From the NCBI GenBank assembly GCA_963840405.1, contig CAWIYW010000005.1, positions 75,226-139,225 of the forward strand: DNA of 64,000 bases, in the 5' to 3' direction. Under the pieces are notes generated by a model. The model did not search any database and was not told where the DNA came from. It worked only from the letters and a program-made list of their open reading frames with translations. Both the position numbers and the translations under genes were made by a program. Shown piece after piece: positions 28,720 to 38,307 of this stretch. Each line of letters starts with the position of its first letter. Within the stretch, counting starts at the first letter, position 1. Source of the DNA: an uncultured Gammaproteobacteria bacterium. GTDB lineage: Bacteria > Pseudomonadota > Gammaproteobacteria > Steroidobacterales > Steroidobacteraceae.

Positions 28720-29982
28720 ATGGCTATGAATGCAGAAACAAAAACGTCAAGCAGCGACAAGGCGGCTGTGCGACCGTTTCGAGTGGAAGTTCCGGAAGCG
28801 GAACTGGCCGATATGCTTCGGCGCATCAAGGCCACGCGGTGGCCGGAGAAGGAGACCGTCGCGGACACGTCGCAGGGCGTGCCGCTCGTGCCGCTCCAGG
28901 ACCTCGCGCGCTACTGGGTGACGGACTACGATTGGCGCAAGTGCGAGGCGAAGCTCAACGCTCTGCCCCAGTTCACCAGCGAGATCGACGGGCTCGACAT
29001 CCACTTCATCCACGTGCGATCCAAGCACGATGGCGCGCTGCCGGTCATCATCTCGCACGGGTGGCCCGGTTCGATCCTCGAGCAGATCAAGCTCGTCGGC
29101 CCGCTCACCGATCCCACCGCATTCGGAGGCCGCGCGGAGGACGCCTTCGACGTCGTGATCCCGTCGATCCCCGGTTACGGGTTCTCGGGCAAGCCGACGG
29201 CGACCGGCTGGGATCACGCCCGCATGGCGCGCGCTTGGATCGAGCTGATGAGGCGCCTCGGATACACGCGATACGTCGCGCAGGGCGGCGACGTTGGCGG
29301 ACAGATCACGGACGCGATGGCGGTCGAGGCGCCCGCGGAGCTCGTGGCCATTCACACCAACTTTCTCTTCGCCCTCCCGGAGGACATTTCGAACACACTC
29401 CAAGCCGGAACACCGGCGCCGTCCGATCTCTCCGACCTCGAGCAGCGCGCGCTCGACAAGCTGAGGGTCTTCTTCACCAAGAACGCGGGCTACGCGATCG
29501 AGATGGCGACGCGTCCGCAGACGCTCTATGGGCTCGCCGATTCTCCTGTCGCCCTCGCGGCCTGGCTGATCGACCACGGCGACGGCGACGACCAGCCGGC
29601 GGCGACGGTCCTCGAGGCGATGCGCACGCCGACCAAGGGACAGCCGCCGGAGCGACTGACGCGGGACGACGTGCTCGACAACATCACTCTCTACTGGCTG
29701 ACGAACACCGGCGTGTCCACGGCCCGCAGCTACTGGGATAACAAGCCCCCGTACTTCAGCCCCAAGAAGTTCTCCATCCCGGCGGCGTTCACCGTCTTCC
29801 CCGGCGAGATCTACCAGCCTTCCCGGCGCTGGGCGGAGCGCGGTTACGCGAACCTCACCTACTTCAACGAGGTGGACAAGGGCGGGCACTTCGCGGCATG
29901 GGAAGAGCCGCTGCTCTTCGCATCGGAGATGCGCGCGGCATTCAGATCGCTGCGCACGCAGAAGGTGGACAAGGCCGCGTAG
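28720..29982 (+). CDS. Epoxide hydrolase (EHN-domain type), paralog EH3; intact, no signal peptide
   Basis: An AAGGAG RBS precedes the start. Markers are 'VRPFRVEVPEAELADMLRRI', 'HGWPGS', 'AQGGDVG' and 'GGHFAAWEEP'. Confidence 0.9.
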   Translation: MAMNAETKTSSSDKAAVRPFRVEVPEAELADMLRRIKATRWPEKETVADTSQGVPLVPLQDLARYWVTDYDWRKCEAKLNALPQFTSEIDGLDIHFIHVRSKHDGALPVIISHGWPGSILEQIKLVGPLTDPTAFGGRAEDAFDVVIPSIPGYGFSGKPTATGWDHARMARAWIELMRRLGYTRYVAQGGDVGGQITDAMAVEAPAELVAIHTNFLFALPEDISNTLQAGTPAPSDLSDLEQRALDKLRVFFTKNAGYAIEMATRPQTLYGLADSPVALAAWLIDHGDGDDQPAATVLEAMRTPTKGQPPERLTRDDVLDNITLYWLTNTGVSTARSYWDNKPPYFSPKKFSIPAAFTVFPGEIYQPSRRWAERGYANLTYFNEVDKGGHFAAWEEPLLFASEMRAAFRSLRTQKVDKAA

Positions 29983-30053
29983 ACTGCGCAGTTTTCACGC
30001 TGCGCGTCGCAACGGAATACGAACAAGCAGGCGCTGTCGTAACTGGAATAGCA

Positions 30054-30110
30054 GGCCCCCGCTACCACTTCTTAATGAGGCCCCGGCGCGAACCGCCGAG
30101 GCCTTTTTTT
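30054..30110 (+). repeat. Intergenic repeat, copy 3: box GCCCCCGCTACCACTTCTTAA plus hairpin AGGCCCCGGCG/CGCCGAGGCCT plus T8
   Basis: The architecture matches copies 1 and 2. It lies 72 nt after the EH3 stop and would serve as a canonical intrinsic terminator. Confidence 0.7.
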
Positions 30111-30503
30111 TGCGCATGCACCAGCGTCATGTAGTCCGTCACCGATGATTGGCGAAAACAAGTTGGGCCTCACGGGCGGTCCGCCCTAAAATCAGTGTGG
30201 TAGCGAGACACGCCATCTCTAGTGCTTCAACGGAGACAACGCATCCGGCGTTGGAGGCACTCAGCGTCGTCTACCTGCCTAGCGCACCGGGTGTCCAGCT
30301 GGAGTACTCTATCGGAGTGCGACTGGCATTCGATTGGCGACGCTACCTCTGATAAGACGGTCAAGAAGCAGACGGGGGACCAATTTCATGCCCGTGGATC
30401 TCGCGGGCATCACCGTGGGCTGATCCGGAACATTGCCGGCGACGAGGAGTTCCGCGAGGCGTTCTCCGACAACGTCTGCGTATCCGATCTGGGGGCGCGA
30501 ACA

Positions 30504-32559
30504 TTGAATCGAACACTCGACTTCCTCGCGGGCGGCGGGAGCACTGGCGCCTTGATGCGCGCTCATGACTGGTCAGAGTCGCCGCTCGGGCCCCCGGAGA
30601 ACCTGGCCGCAGCCGTTGCGAACGGTCGTCGGACTGCTTCTGCAATCTCAGTTTCCGATGTTCGTCGCATGGGGAGAGGCTCTCGGCTTTCTCTATAACG
30701 ACCCCTACGCGGAGATCCTTGGCGCCAAGCATCCGCGCGCACTCGGCAGGCGCTTCTACGACATTTGGTCGGAGATCTGGTCGGACATCAGCCCGCTGAT
30801 CGATGCCGCCATGGCGGGCGACTCGACGTATCGCGAGGATCTGCCGCTCGTCATGAACCGCAAGGGATACGACGAGCAGACCTGGTTCACTTTCTCGTAT
30901 TCGCCGGTGCGCGACGAGAGCGGCAAGGTCGCCGGAATGTTCTGTGCGTGCTGGGAGACGACTCGGTAAGGTTCTTGCCGAGCGCGCCCTGCGCGAGCTC
31001 AACGAGACGCTTGAGCGTCGAGTCACGGAGGCGCTCGCGGAACGCAACCTTCTGGCCGATATCGTGGAAGGGACGAACGCCTTCGTTCAGGTCGTCGACC
31101 TTGAGTACCGATGGCTCGCCGTCAATCAAGCGGCGGCAGACGAGTTCGAGCGCATCTTCGGCAAGCGTCCGGTCGTGGGCGCGAGCATGCTCGACCTGCT
31201 CGCTTCGCAGCCGGAGCATCAGGCGGCAGTTAAGGCGGTGTGGAGCCGCGCGTTGGCTGGCGAGGAGTTTACGGAGATCGGGGAGTTCGGTGATCCAGAG
31301 CTGGATCGCCGCGCCTACGAGATGCGCTACAACACATTGCGCGATCGCGACGGCAACCGTATCGGCGCATACCAATTTGTGTATGACGTGACCGAGCGCC
31401 TGCGCGATCAGACAGCGGTTACGGGACGCCGAAGAGGCGCTTCGTCACGCGCAGAAGATGGAATCGATCGGTCAGCTGACTGGCGGTGTCGCGCATGACT
31501 TCAACAATTTGCTGGCTGTGTTCTCGAACGGCTTGGAGCTACTGGAACGCAGCGCGATTGGGGAACAGCGGCAGATCGTCCTCGAAGGAATGCGCCGTGC
31601 TGTCACGCGCGGAACAGGCCTGACACGCCATCTGTTGGCCTTCTCTCGACGTCGGCCAGTCAATCCGGAGTCGATCGATCTTGCGGCCCATCTCACGGGT
31701 ATGCACGAGATTCTTGGTCGCTCGCTGGGCGGGAACATCCACATCGAGATGAAATTGGGCGCCGACTTGTGGCCGGTTGAGATCGACGTCGGTGAGCTTG
31801 AATTGGCGATGCTGAACGTGTGCGTGAACTCACGGGACGCAATGGCAGGCGGCGGCACCATCACCATCACCGCCGAGAACGTGCAAGAGGCGGCAGGGGA
31901 TGGTCTGCTGACTGACTTCGTGAAGCTCTCCATCGCGGATACCGGTAGCGGCATGCCGCCTGAGATATTGGCGCACGTGTTCGAGCCTTTCTTCACTACC
32001 AAGGACATAGGCAAGGGGTCGGGACTGGGCTTGCCGCAGGTCTACGGGTTCGCGCAGCAATCCGACGGTCGACTCACGGTGCGACAGCGAGGTCGGGAAA
32101 GGCACGATCGTGACGCTGCTGCTGCCGCGTTCATTGCGGCAGCCAGTTGCGCCCAAGGTCGTCGACGCATCGAGCGCGTCCGCCGTTCAAGGCGACGTCG
32201 CGCGTCGTGGTCAGGTGCTGCTTGTCGAAGACGACAATGAAGTCGCAGCGCTCACACGAGAGATGTTGAGCTACCTCGGGTTTTCGGTAGTTCACGTCGC
32301 GAGCCCGGACGCCGCGTTGGGTGCACTGGCCAATGCGCGGTCCGTCGATATCGTGCTATCCGACATCATGATGCCCGGTGGTGTAAGTGGTCTGGAGCTG
32401 GCTCGTGAGATCGGGCGGCGGCAGCCAAACCTCCCCGTAGTGCTGGTCACCGGCTATGCCGAAGCCGCCGCCAGCATGGAAGACGGGAAATTTGGCTTGC
32501 TCCTGAAGCCGTACACCCTTGAAGCGCTGGCAGAGGTCCTAAACGCTGAGTTGAAGTGA
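30504..32559 (+). pseudogene. Hybrid sensor histidine kinase (PAS-PAS-HisKA-HATPase-REC), at least 4 frameshifts
   Basis: The segments lie in different frames: 'DFLAGGGSTGALMRAHDWSESPLGPPE' / 'WPQPLRTVVGLLLQSQFPMFVAWGE...' / 'VLAERALRELNETLE...PAS' / 'QRLRDAEEALRHAQKMESIGQLTGGVAHDFNNLL...GSGLGL' / 'DSEVGKGTIVTLLLPR...VLLVEDDNEV...DIVLSDIMMPG...KPY'. Each junction (~30600, ~30967, ~31411, ~32081) is repaired by removing one base. The TTG 30504 start is a guess. Confidence 0.75.
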
Positions 32560-32589
32560 TACGCCCTATGATCCGAAAACGGACGCCCA

Positions 32590-33243
32590 TCAGCCGTTCG
32601 GTGCCTTGCCAGTGAAGACCGCCAGTTGAGCGTCGAAAGCACGCTTGTAGGCGGGCCGCGCTTCGCCACGGGCGACATAGGCAGAGAGGTTCGGAAATTT
32701 CTCCAGCAGACCCGATCCGTTCAACCTGCGCAGCACCGTCACCATGAGTAAGTCACCGGCGCTGAACGCATCGTCGAGCCAGTCGGCACGCCCGAGCCGA
32801 CTGGAAAGGTCGCCCAGCCGTACACGGACGCGATCGTCGAGGATAGCCAGGCGCTCCTCATGCCAGCTCTTGTCGCGCTCCAAGATCACCGCCATTGAGC
32901 GATCGACAATCGGCGGCTCCACCGTATTGAGCGCGGCAAACATCCACGCGATCGCGCGCGCCCGGGCATTCGCATCACCCGGCAGTAGCCCCGCATGGCG
33001 CTCTGCGATATGGAATACGATCGCCCCCGACTCGAAGAGCGTGAGATCGCCATCGTCGTAGGTCGGAATCTGCCCGAAAGGATGAAGCGTACGATGCGCG
33101 GATTCCTTCATCTCATTGAACGAAAGAAGTCGAACGTCGTAAGGCTGGCCCACTTCTTCAAGCGCCCAGCGAACGCGCATATCACGCGCCAGTCCCCGGC
33201 CGCGATCGGGCGACCGTTCAAAAGCGGTGATGGTGGGGGTCAT
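32590..33243 (-). CDS. Glutathione S-transferase family protein
   Basis: The thioredoxin-like N-terminal domain carries 'HPFGQIPTYDDGDLTLFESGAIVFHIAE'. The C-terminal domain is helical. It is 217 aa long. Confidence 0.8.
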   Translation of the reverse strand: MTPTITAFERSPDRGRGLARDMRVRWALEEVGQPYDVRLLSFNEMKESAHRTLHPFGQIPTYDDGDLTLFESGAIVFHIAERHAGLLPGDANARARAIAWMFAALNTVEPPIVDRSMAVILERDKSWHEERLAILDDRVRVRLGDLSSRLGRADWLDDAFSAGDLLMVTVLRRLNGSGLLEKFPNLSAYVARGEARPAYKRAFDAQLAVFTGKAPNG

Positions 33244-33305
33244 TGGAACGCTCCTGGTGATTGCATAACGCCATCGTGCGTCACGTAGTTAGACCGGGCT
33301 TCGCT

Positions 33306-33794
33306 CTAGGCGCGAGCCGGTCCGCGTCGCGCTGCTTCGATTGTGGCGATGTCGATCTTCTTCATTTCCATCATCGCCTCGAACGCGCGCTTCGCGGCCG
33401 CACGATCAGGATCGGTGATTGCTTCCAGCAGTGCGCGTGGAGTGATCTGCCAAGACAAGCCCCATTTGTCCTTGCACCACCCGCATTCGCTCTCGGCGCC
33501 GCCATTACCGACAATGGCATTCCAATAGCGATCGGTCTCGGCCTGGTCTTCGGTGACGATCTGAAATGAAAAGGCTTCGCTGTGCTTGAAAGTCGGGCCC
33601 CCATTCAGGCCGAGGCACGGCACGCCCACCACCGTAAATTCGACCGTGAGCACCTGCCCCTGCTTGCCATCCGGATAATCGCCGGGGGCAGCGTGGACCG
33701 CTGTCACGGCGCTGTCCGGAAATGTCCGGGCGTAGAACCTGGCAGCTTCTTCTGCCGTACCGTCATACCAAAGACAAATCACGTTCTTGGCCAT
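33306..33794 (-). CDS. VOC-superfamily protein (PhnB / '3-demethylubiquinone-9 3-methyltransferase' domain type)
   Basis: Markers are 'ICLWYDGTAEEAARFYARTFPDS', 'GGPTFKHSEAFSFQI', 'YWNAIVGNGGAESECGWCKDKWGLSWQI'. Confidence 0.7.
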   Translation of the reverse strand: MAKNVICLWYDGTAEEAARFYARTFPDSAVTAVHAAPGDYPDGKQGQVLTVEFTVVGVPCLGLNGGPTFKHSEAFSFQIVTEDQAETDRYWNAIVGNGGAESECGWCKDKWGLSWQITPRALLEAITDPDRAAAKRAFEAMMEMKKIDIATIEAARRGPARA

Positions 33795-33976
33795 CGTCTG
33801 TCTCCATTAATTGGTCAGTTGAGCGAGCCCGTCGGAACTATGACGAACCAGCGATACGAAAACCGACACCCGAAGACCCGATCTCCTGCGGTCGCCGCCC
33901 GCACGGGAGCGGCCCTCACAACAAGGTGTGTGGCCAATCGCCTTTGCCCTGCGGGGGGCGTAAAGTTCGGCACCAA

Positions 33977-34633
33977 ATGTGGGCCAGGTTGTGTATCGGC
34001 GTCGCGGTCTCGTTGCTGCTGTCAGCGTGCGACGGGACGCAAACACGCAAATTGCTGCTCACCGAAGTCGGCAAGAACCGCGTCGAGCTGTATCTCGACG
34101 AGCCCACGAATCGAAGCATCACGCTTGGTTCCGGCTATCGGCTTGCGGTCAGTACCTCGACCGGCACCGCGAGCACTGTCGATCTCGGGGCGTTCGGCGG
34201 ATCGATGCAAGGCGGCAGCTTCTTCATCATCTGGGAGGAAGCGGGGTACACGGGGACGCCGGTGGCTGCCGCATTCAGCGGCGGTCAGCTGGGGTCGGTC
34301 CCGGGCATCAAGGTGGCGGCCGGGTTCATGAACGGCTTCGACGCCGCGCCGAGCGAGGCCCGGCTGGTCGGCCGGCGCAATGTCTTCTCGCGTCTGATCA
34401 TCGTCATTCCGTTTTTCCGGACTGACGTGATCGATGACGTGGTGCGCTTTGGAACTCCGGATACGGATCGCCCGGTGAGCGGCGGCACATTTCAGTCCAA
34501 CGGGTCGCTTGGGAATCCGTCGGGTTCCACGCACCTGCAACGGGCCTGGACCGGGGCAGGGGCCCCGCAAGACACCGACGACGAAGCGGACTGGGTTCTG
34601 TACGGCCAATCGTGGGGCGCGCCAACGCCATAA
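33977..34633 (+). CDS. Hypothetical lipoprotein
   Basis: 'MWARLCIGVAVSLLLSAC' has a lipobox (LSAC). 'LLLTEVGKNRVELYLDEPTNRSITLG' is faintly like a lamin-tail domain. No confident family. Confidence 0.5.
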   Translation: MWARLCIGVAVSLLLSACDGTQTRKLLLTEVGKNRVELYLDEPTNRSITLGSGYRLAVSTSTGTASTVDLGAFGGSMQGGSFFIIWEEAGYTGTPVAAAFSGGQLGSVPGIKVAAGFMNGFDAAPSEARLVGRRNVFSRLIIVIPFFRTDVIDDVVRFGTPDTDRPVSGGTFQSNGSLGNPSGSTHLQRAWTGAGAPQDTDDEADWVLYGQSWGAPTP

Positions 34634-34638
34634 CGCCT

Positions 34639-35853
34639 TTAGCGCAGTGAGCTGAATGCGGCGCGCACCTCGGCGGAGAAGAGTCCCGGCTCCTCCCAGG
34701 CGGCGAAGTGTCCGCCTCTCTTGACCTCGTTAAAGTAGGCGAGGCCGGGGTAGACCGCCTCAACCCAACTCCGCGGGGAAGCCCAGATCTCGCCGGGGAA
34801 CGTTGTGAAGCCGACCGGAACCGAGACCGGCGGAGGAGGCTGGCCCCTCGCAAGCGCTGCGGCCAGCGCTCGTCCGTCCTCCCAGTACGACCGGGCCGCC
34901 GACGCCGCGGTGCCGGTCAGCCAGTACAGCGTGATGTTGTCGAGAATGGTGTCCCGCGTGAGATTGCCCACGGGCTCGCGTTCGACGAACGCGCGAGAGA
35001 TCTTGTAGTAGCTGTCCGTGTCGTGATCGAGCAACCAGGCCGCGAGTGCGACGGGTGAATCCAGCAGCGCGTAGCCGATCGTCTGCGGCCGCGTTGCCAT
35101 CTCGAGGAAGTAGCCGAAGCCGTCCTCCTTGAAGGTAGCGAGCGCCTTGGCCGCTGCGCGTTCCTGTTCGGATTCCCTGGGCAGGTGATCGCCGATTGCG
35201 AGCACCGCCGTGAGCAGGTTCAGGTGGTAGCCGACCAAACCCTTGACTGCCTGGCGGCCCATCAGGTCCGTGACGAGGGCACCCACGTCGCCGCCCTGGG
35301 CGACGTAGCGGGTGTAGCCGAGTCGGTGCATCAGCTCCGCCCACGCGCGTGCGGTGCGGCTGGCATCCCAGCCGAGCTCGGTTGGCTCGCCCGAGAAGCC
35401 GTAGCCAGGCAAGGACGGCAGCACCAGGTGGAAGGCATCGCCGGCGGTGCCACCGTGCGAGGTCGGGTCGGTCAGGGGCGCGACGGTCTCGAGCAACTCG
35501 ATGACCGAGCCGGGCCAACCATGCGTCATGATCAGCGGCATTGCGTTCTCGTGCCGCGATCTGACGTGGATGAAGTGGATCTCCACCCCGTCGATCTGGG
35601 TCGTGAATTGCGGAAGCGCGTTCAGCCTCGCCTCGCACTTGCGCCAGTCGTACTCGGTCATCCAGTAGCGGGCGAGCTCCCGCAGCGTCGCCAGCTGCAC
35701 GCCGTGCGACCGATCCTCGACGAGCTCCTTGGTGGGCCAGCGTGTCGCCGCGATGCGCCGGCGCAAGTCGGCAAGGTCCGTTTCCGGAAAGGTCACTTTA
35801 AACGGGCGGATAGCTGTCGGATCACCGCCCTGCGGCTGAATTGCTGCACTCAT
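34639..35853 (-). CDS. Epoxide hydrolase (EHN-domain type), paralog EH4; intact
   Basis: Markers are 'IRPFKVTFPETDLADLRRRI', 'HGWPGS', 'AQGGDVG' and 'GGHFAAWEEP'. An AGGGAG RBS precedes the start. Confidence 0.9.
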   Translation of the reverse strand: MSAAIQPQGGDPTAIRPFKVTFPETDLADLRRRIAATRWPTKELVEDRSHGVQLATLRELARYWMTEYDWRKCEARLNALPQFTTQIDGVEIHFIHVRSRHENAMPLIMTHGWPGSVIELLETVAPLTDPTSHGGTAGDAFHLVLPSLPGYGFSGEPTELGWDASRTARAWAELMHRLGYTRYVAQGGDVGALVTDLMGRQAVKGLVGYHLNLLTAVLAIGDHLPRESEQERAAAKALATFKEDGFGYFLEMATRPQTIGYALLDSPVALAAWLLDHDTDSYYKISRAFVEREPVGNLTRDTILDNITLYWLTGTAASAARSYWEDGRALAAALARGQPPPPVSVPVGFTTFPGEIWASPRSWVEAVYPGLAYFNEVKRGGHFAAWEEPGLFSAEVRAAFSSLR

Positions 35854-35883
35854 GGTTCTGCTCCCTGCCGAGGATCTAGGAGT

Positions 35884-35985
35884 CTGATGGTTGGATGGGT
35901 GTGCTCGAGAGGGCCTACAACCCGGCGAGGACCCTAGCAGACGCGGAGGTCTGGTTCGATTGTCCGAAGGTGCCGGTATTGGTCG
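35884..35985. repeat. Conserved ~100-nt non-coding block upstream of EH4; its partner copy is at 45089-45191
   Basis: CTGATGGTTGGATGGGTGTGCTCGAGAGGGCCTACAACCCGGCGAGGACCCTAGCAGACGCGGAGGTCTGGTTCGATTGTCCGAAGGTGCCGGTATTGGTCG aligns with the block upstream of EH5 at roughly 80-85% identity by eye. Confidence 0.6.
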
Positions 35986-35996
35986 TGCAAAAAAGG

Positions 35997-36452
35997 CTAA
36001 ACCGCTGGCTTGGGCGGGGGCATGAATTCGATCCCGTGACGCCGGCCGATTCCAGGCATCTTGCCCAAGTCGTCAGGAACCTTGCGGATCTCGCGATTCA
36101 CATCTTCGAAGAACGCGGAAGAATGAGCTGGAGCAGCAAAAATGAGCACTCGCGCGGGAGACGGCGACGCTCCCTTGAAGGCGTGCACGGTGTTGCGAGG
36201 CAGGTAGGCGAAATCGCCGCGTTCGATGCGCACCGGCTTCCCGTCGATCACGAAGTCGAGCGCTCCGTCGATCACATAGTAGGCCTCGTCCCAGTCGTGC
36301 CGATGCGGCGGTGGGCCCATGCCGACCGGAACGTCCTCCTCCATTAACGACCAGGCGTCTGCAGTGTCTTTCGCATCGCAGAGGAACCGAAGTGGCATGC
36401 CGAGGACATTGAGTTTGTTGCCTTCGCCGGCCTTGAGGATGACACCAGCCAT
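35997..36452 (-). CDS. Cupin-domain protein
   Basis: An AGGAGG RBS precedes the start. The cupin motifs are 'PPPHRHDWDEAYYVIDG' and 'GDFAYLPRNTVHAF'. Confidence 0.7.
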   Translation of the reverse strand: MAGVILKAGEGNKLNVLGMPLRFLCDAKDTADAWSLMEEDVPVGMGPPPHRHDWDEAYYVIDGALDFVIDGKPVRIERGDFAYLPRNTVHAFKGASPSPARVLIFAAPAHSSAFFEDVNREIRKVPDDLGKMPGIGRRHGIEFMPPPKPAV

Positions 36453-36571
36453 TGCAGACCTCCTTTCAAGCGTTCCGAAAAGATTGCGCCGCGAAGCGAA
36501 CGATTTCAAGCTCCAGGGCCGAGCGCGGCTCATAGCACAACGTGCTCGCGACGGGCACGAGGGAGGTCCGC

Positions 36572-36973
36572 ATGAAAGCGACTCGAATCATACCGGTAGC
36601 GATGCTGATCGTCGCGAGCGGTTTGGCACTGCAGGCGGCGCTAGCGCAGCAGCCGGGAGTCAAACGCACCGAGCTCCAGCGGTACGACCTCAGCGTCCCG
36701 GGACGCGAGGTGATCCAGGTGCGCGTCGATCTCGAGCCGGGAGTGACATTCCCAATGCACTCGCATCCGGGCGAAGAGATCATCTATGTGCTCGACGGCG
36801 AGTGGGAATATGAGGTCGAGGGCAAGGGAGCGATGAGGCTCAAGGCCGGCGAAGTCCTGTTCATTCCCGCTGGAGTGAAGCATGGAGCGAAGAACGTCGG
36901 CATTGGCAAAGGTTCGGAGCTCGCGACATATATCGTCGAGAAAGGGAAGCCGCTCGTAGTCCTGGCCAAATGA
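36572..36973 (+). CDS. Secreted cupin-domain protein
   Basis: A GGGAGG RBS precedes the start. The signal peptide is 'MKATRIIPVAMLIVASGLALQAALA'. The cupin motifs are 'PMHSHPGEEIIYVLDG' and 'FIPAGVKHGAKN'. Confidence 0.7.
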   Translation: MKATRIIPVAMLIVASGLALQAALAQQPGVKRTELQRYDLSVPGREVIQVRVDLEPGVTFPMHSHPGEEIIYVLDGEWEYEVEGKGAMRLKAGEVLFIPAGVKHGAKNVGIGKGSELATYIVEKGKPLVVLAK

Positions 36974-37023
36974 GCGACACACTTACCCAGGAACACGCTT
37001 GCGAGGATCGCGCACAGCGCCCG

Positions 37024-38307
37024 CTACGCTCTTGCGGCCACCTCGCGGGTCACGGCGAGGATCACGTCCACATCTGCCGGGCTGACGTACATGTGGGCCG
37101 ACATCCGGACTCCGCGCTCGTCGTTCTGCGCACGGACGCGCACGCGCTTTTCCCACAGGGCATCCTGCAGCGCCTTGGCCTTCATGCCATTGACGCGAAA
37201 CGTCGTGATCGCTGCGGTCAGTCGCGGATCGGTTGGTGATGCGACACGTACCGCCGGGATACTCGCCAGACCGTCTCGCAGACGCTTCGTGAGGCTTGCG
37301 TCCCACTGCTCGATGCGCGACATGCCGATCTTCTCGATGAATCGCAGCGCTGCCATCAGGCCATCGACCACGGGCACACTGCCGGTACCGTACTGCATGA
37401 ACCGAAAAGCGCCGTCCTCGTGGTTGTCCCACTGGTAACTCGCCAGCGTCGTCCAGAACCGGTCCTGGACATCGCGCCGGACGTATAGGAAGCCGGTACC
37501 CTTCGGCGCCATCATCCACTTGTGCGGGCTGCCGACGAAGGCATCGCACCCCAGCGCCTTCACGTCCACCTGGATCTGTCCCACCGCCTGAGCGCCGTCC
37601 ACGATGGCGAGCGCGCCGCGCTCGCGCGCAAGCGCGCACAACTCCTGTGCCGGTAGCCGCACGCCGAGACCGGACGTGATGTGGCTGAACATCACGACTT
37701 TCGTGCGCGGCGTCAGCGCGGACTCGAACAGGCGCACGATCGCGTCGGGCCCGCCGGCGAGTGCCGGCTCCAGCGGCAGTTCCTTGACGACGACGCCGCG
37801 GCGCTTCGCGAGCAGGCGCCAGGGTGAGATACCACCGCCGTGCTCCTGGTCGGTGCTGACGACCTCATCACCCGCCGCGAGATCGAGACCGTTGGCGAGA
37901 AAGTTCATCCCCATCGTGGCGTTCTGCGTGAGCGCGATCTCGGCAGCGGATGCATTGACGAAACGCCCCGCCGCCTGTCGGACCTCGAGCAGCTGCTGGT
38001 AGCCCGTCAGCGGTTCGCCATCGGGCTGTTCGTAAGGCCACGCCGCGAGATCGGTTTCGATACGGCGAATGCCTTCGGTCAGCGCCTCTACCACTTCCCG
38101 CGGCGATGCGCCGAGCGTGCCGGTGTTGCAGTAGGCGACGCCCGCAGGGATCAGGAAGTGCTCGCGCGCGGCGGCGAACACGGACGCGTCGTTCGCCTGC
38201 GCGTCAGGTACGAAAGCCGCTTCACGGGATAGCGCCTTCGCAGCGGACGCTGTTGCGAATACCAGTCCCGGCACGGCGGTGGAAAGGAAACGTCGTCGCG
38301 TGGTCAT
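37024..38307 (-). CDS. Class V PLP-dependent aminotransferase / cysteine-desulfurase-like enzyme with a twin-arginine signal
   Basis: Starts 'MTTRRRFLSTAVPGLVFATASAAKA' (strong Tat motif). Other markers are 'YCNTGTLG', 'HITSGLG' and 'DAFVGSPHKWMMAPKGTGFLY' (PLP Lys). Confidence 0.75.
   Translation of the reverse strand: MTTRRRFLSTAVPGLVFATASAAKALSREAAFVPDAQANDASVFAAAREHFLIPAGVAYCNTGTLGASPREVVEALTEGIRRIETDLAAWPYEQPDGEPLTGYQQLLEVRQAAGRFVNASAAEIALTQNATMGMNFLANGLDLAAGDEVVSTDQEHGGGISPWRLLAKRRGVVVKELPLEPALAGGPDAIVRLFESALTPRTKVVMFSHITSGLGVRLPAQELCALARERGALAIVDGAQAVGQIQVDVKALGCDAFVGSPHKWMMAPKGTGFLYVRRDVQDRFWTTLASYQWDNHEDGAFRFMQYGTGSVPVVDGLMAALRFIEKIGMSRIEQWDASLTKRLRDGLASIPAVRVASPTDPRLTAAITTFRVNGMKAKALQDALWEKRVRVRAQNDERGVRMSAHMYVSPADVDVILAVTREVAARA

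Noticed and set aside
35950-35975. A tRNA-like 'GGTTCGATT' T-loop sequence sits inside the conserved block upstream of EH4 and also in the EH5 copy (~45158-45170). This suggested a tRNA or tRNA-derived att site.
   Set aside because: The flanking bases do not form a 5-bp T-stem, and no acceptor, D or anticodon arms can be drawn. Only a 4-bp TTCG/CGAA hairpin is present.
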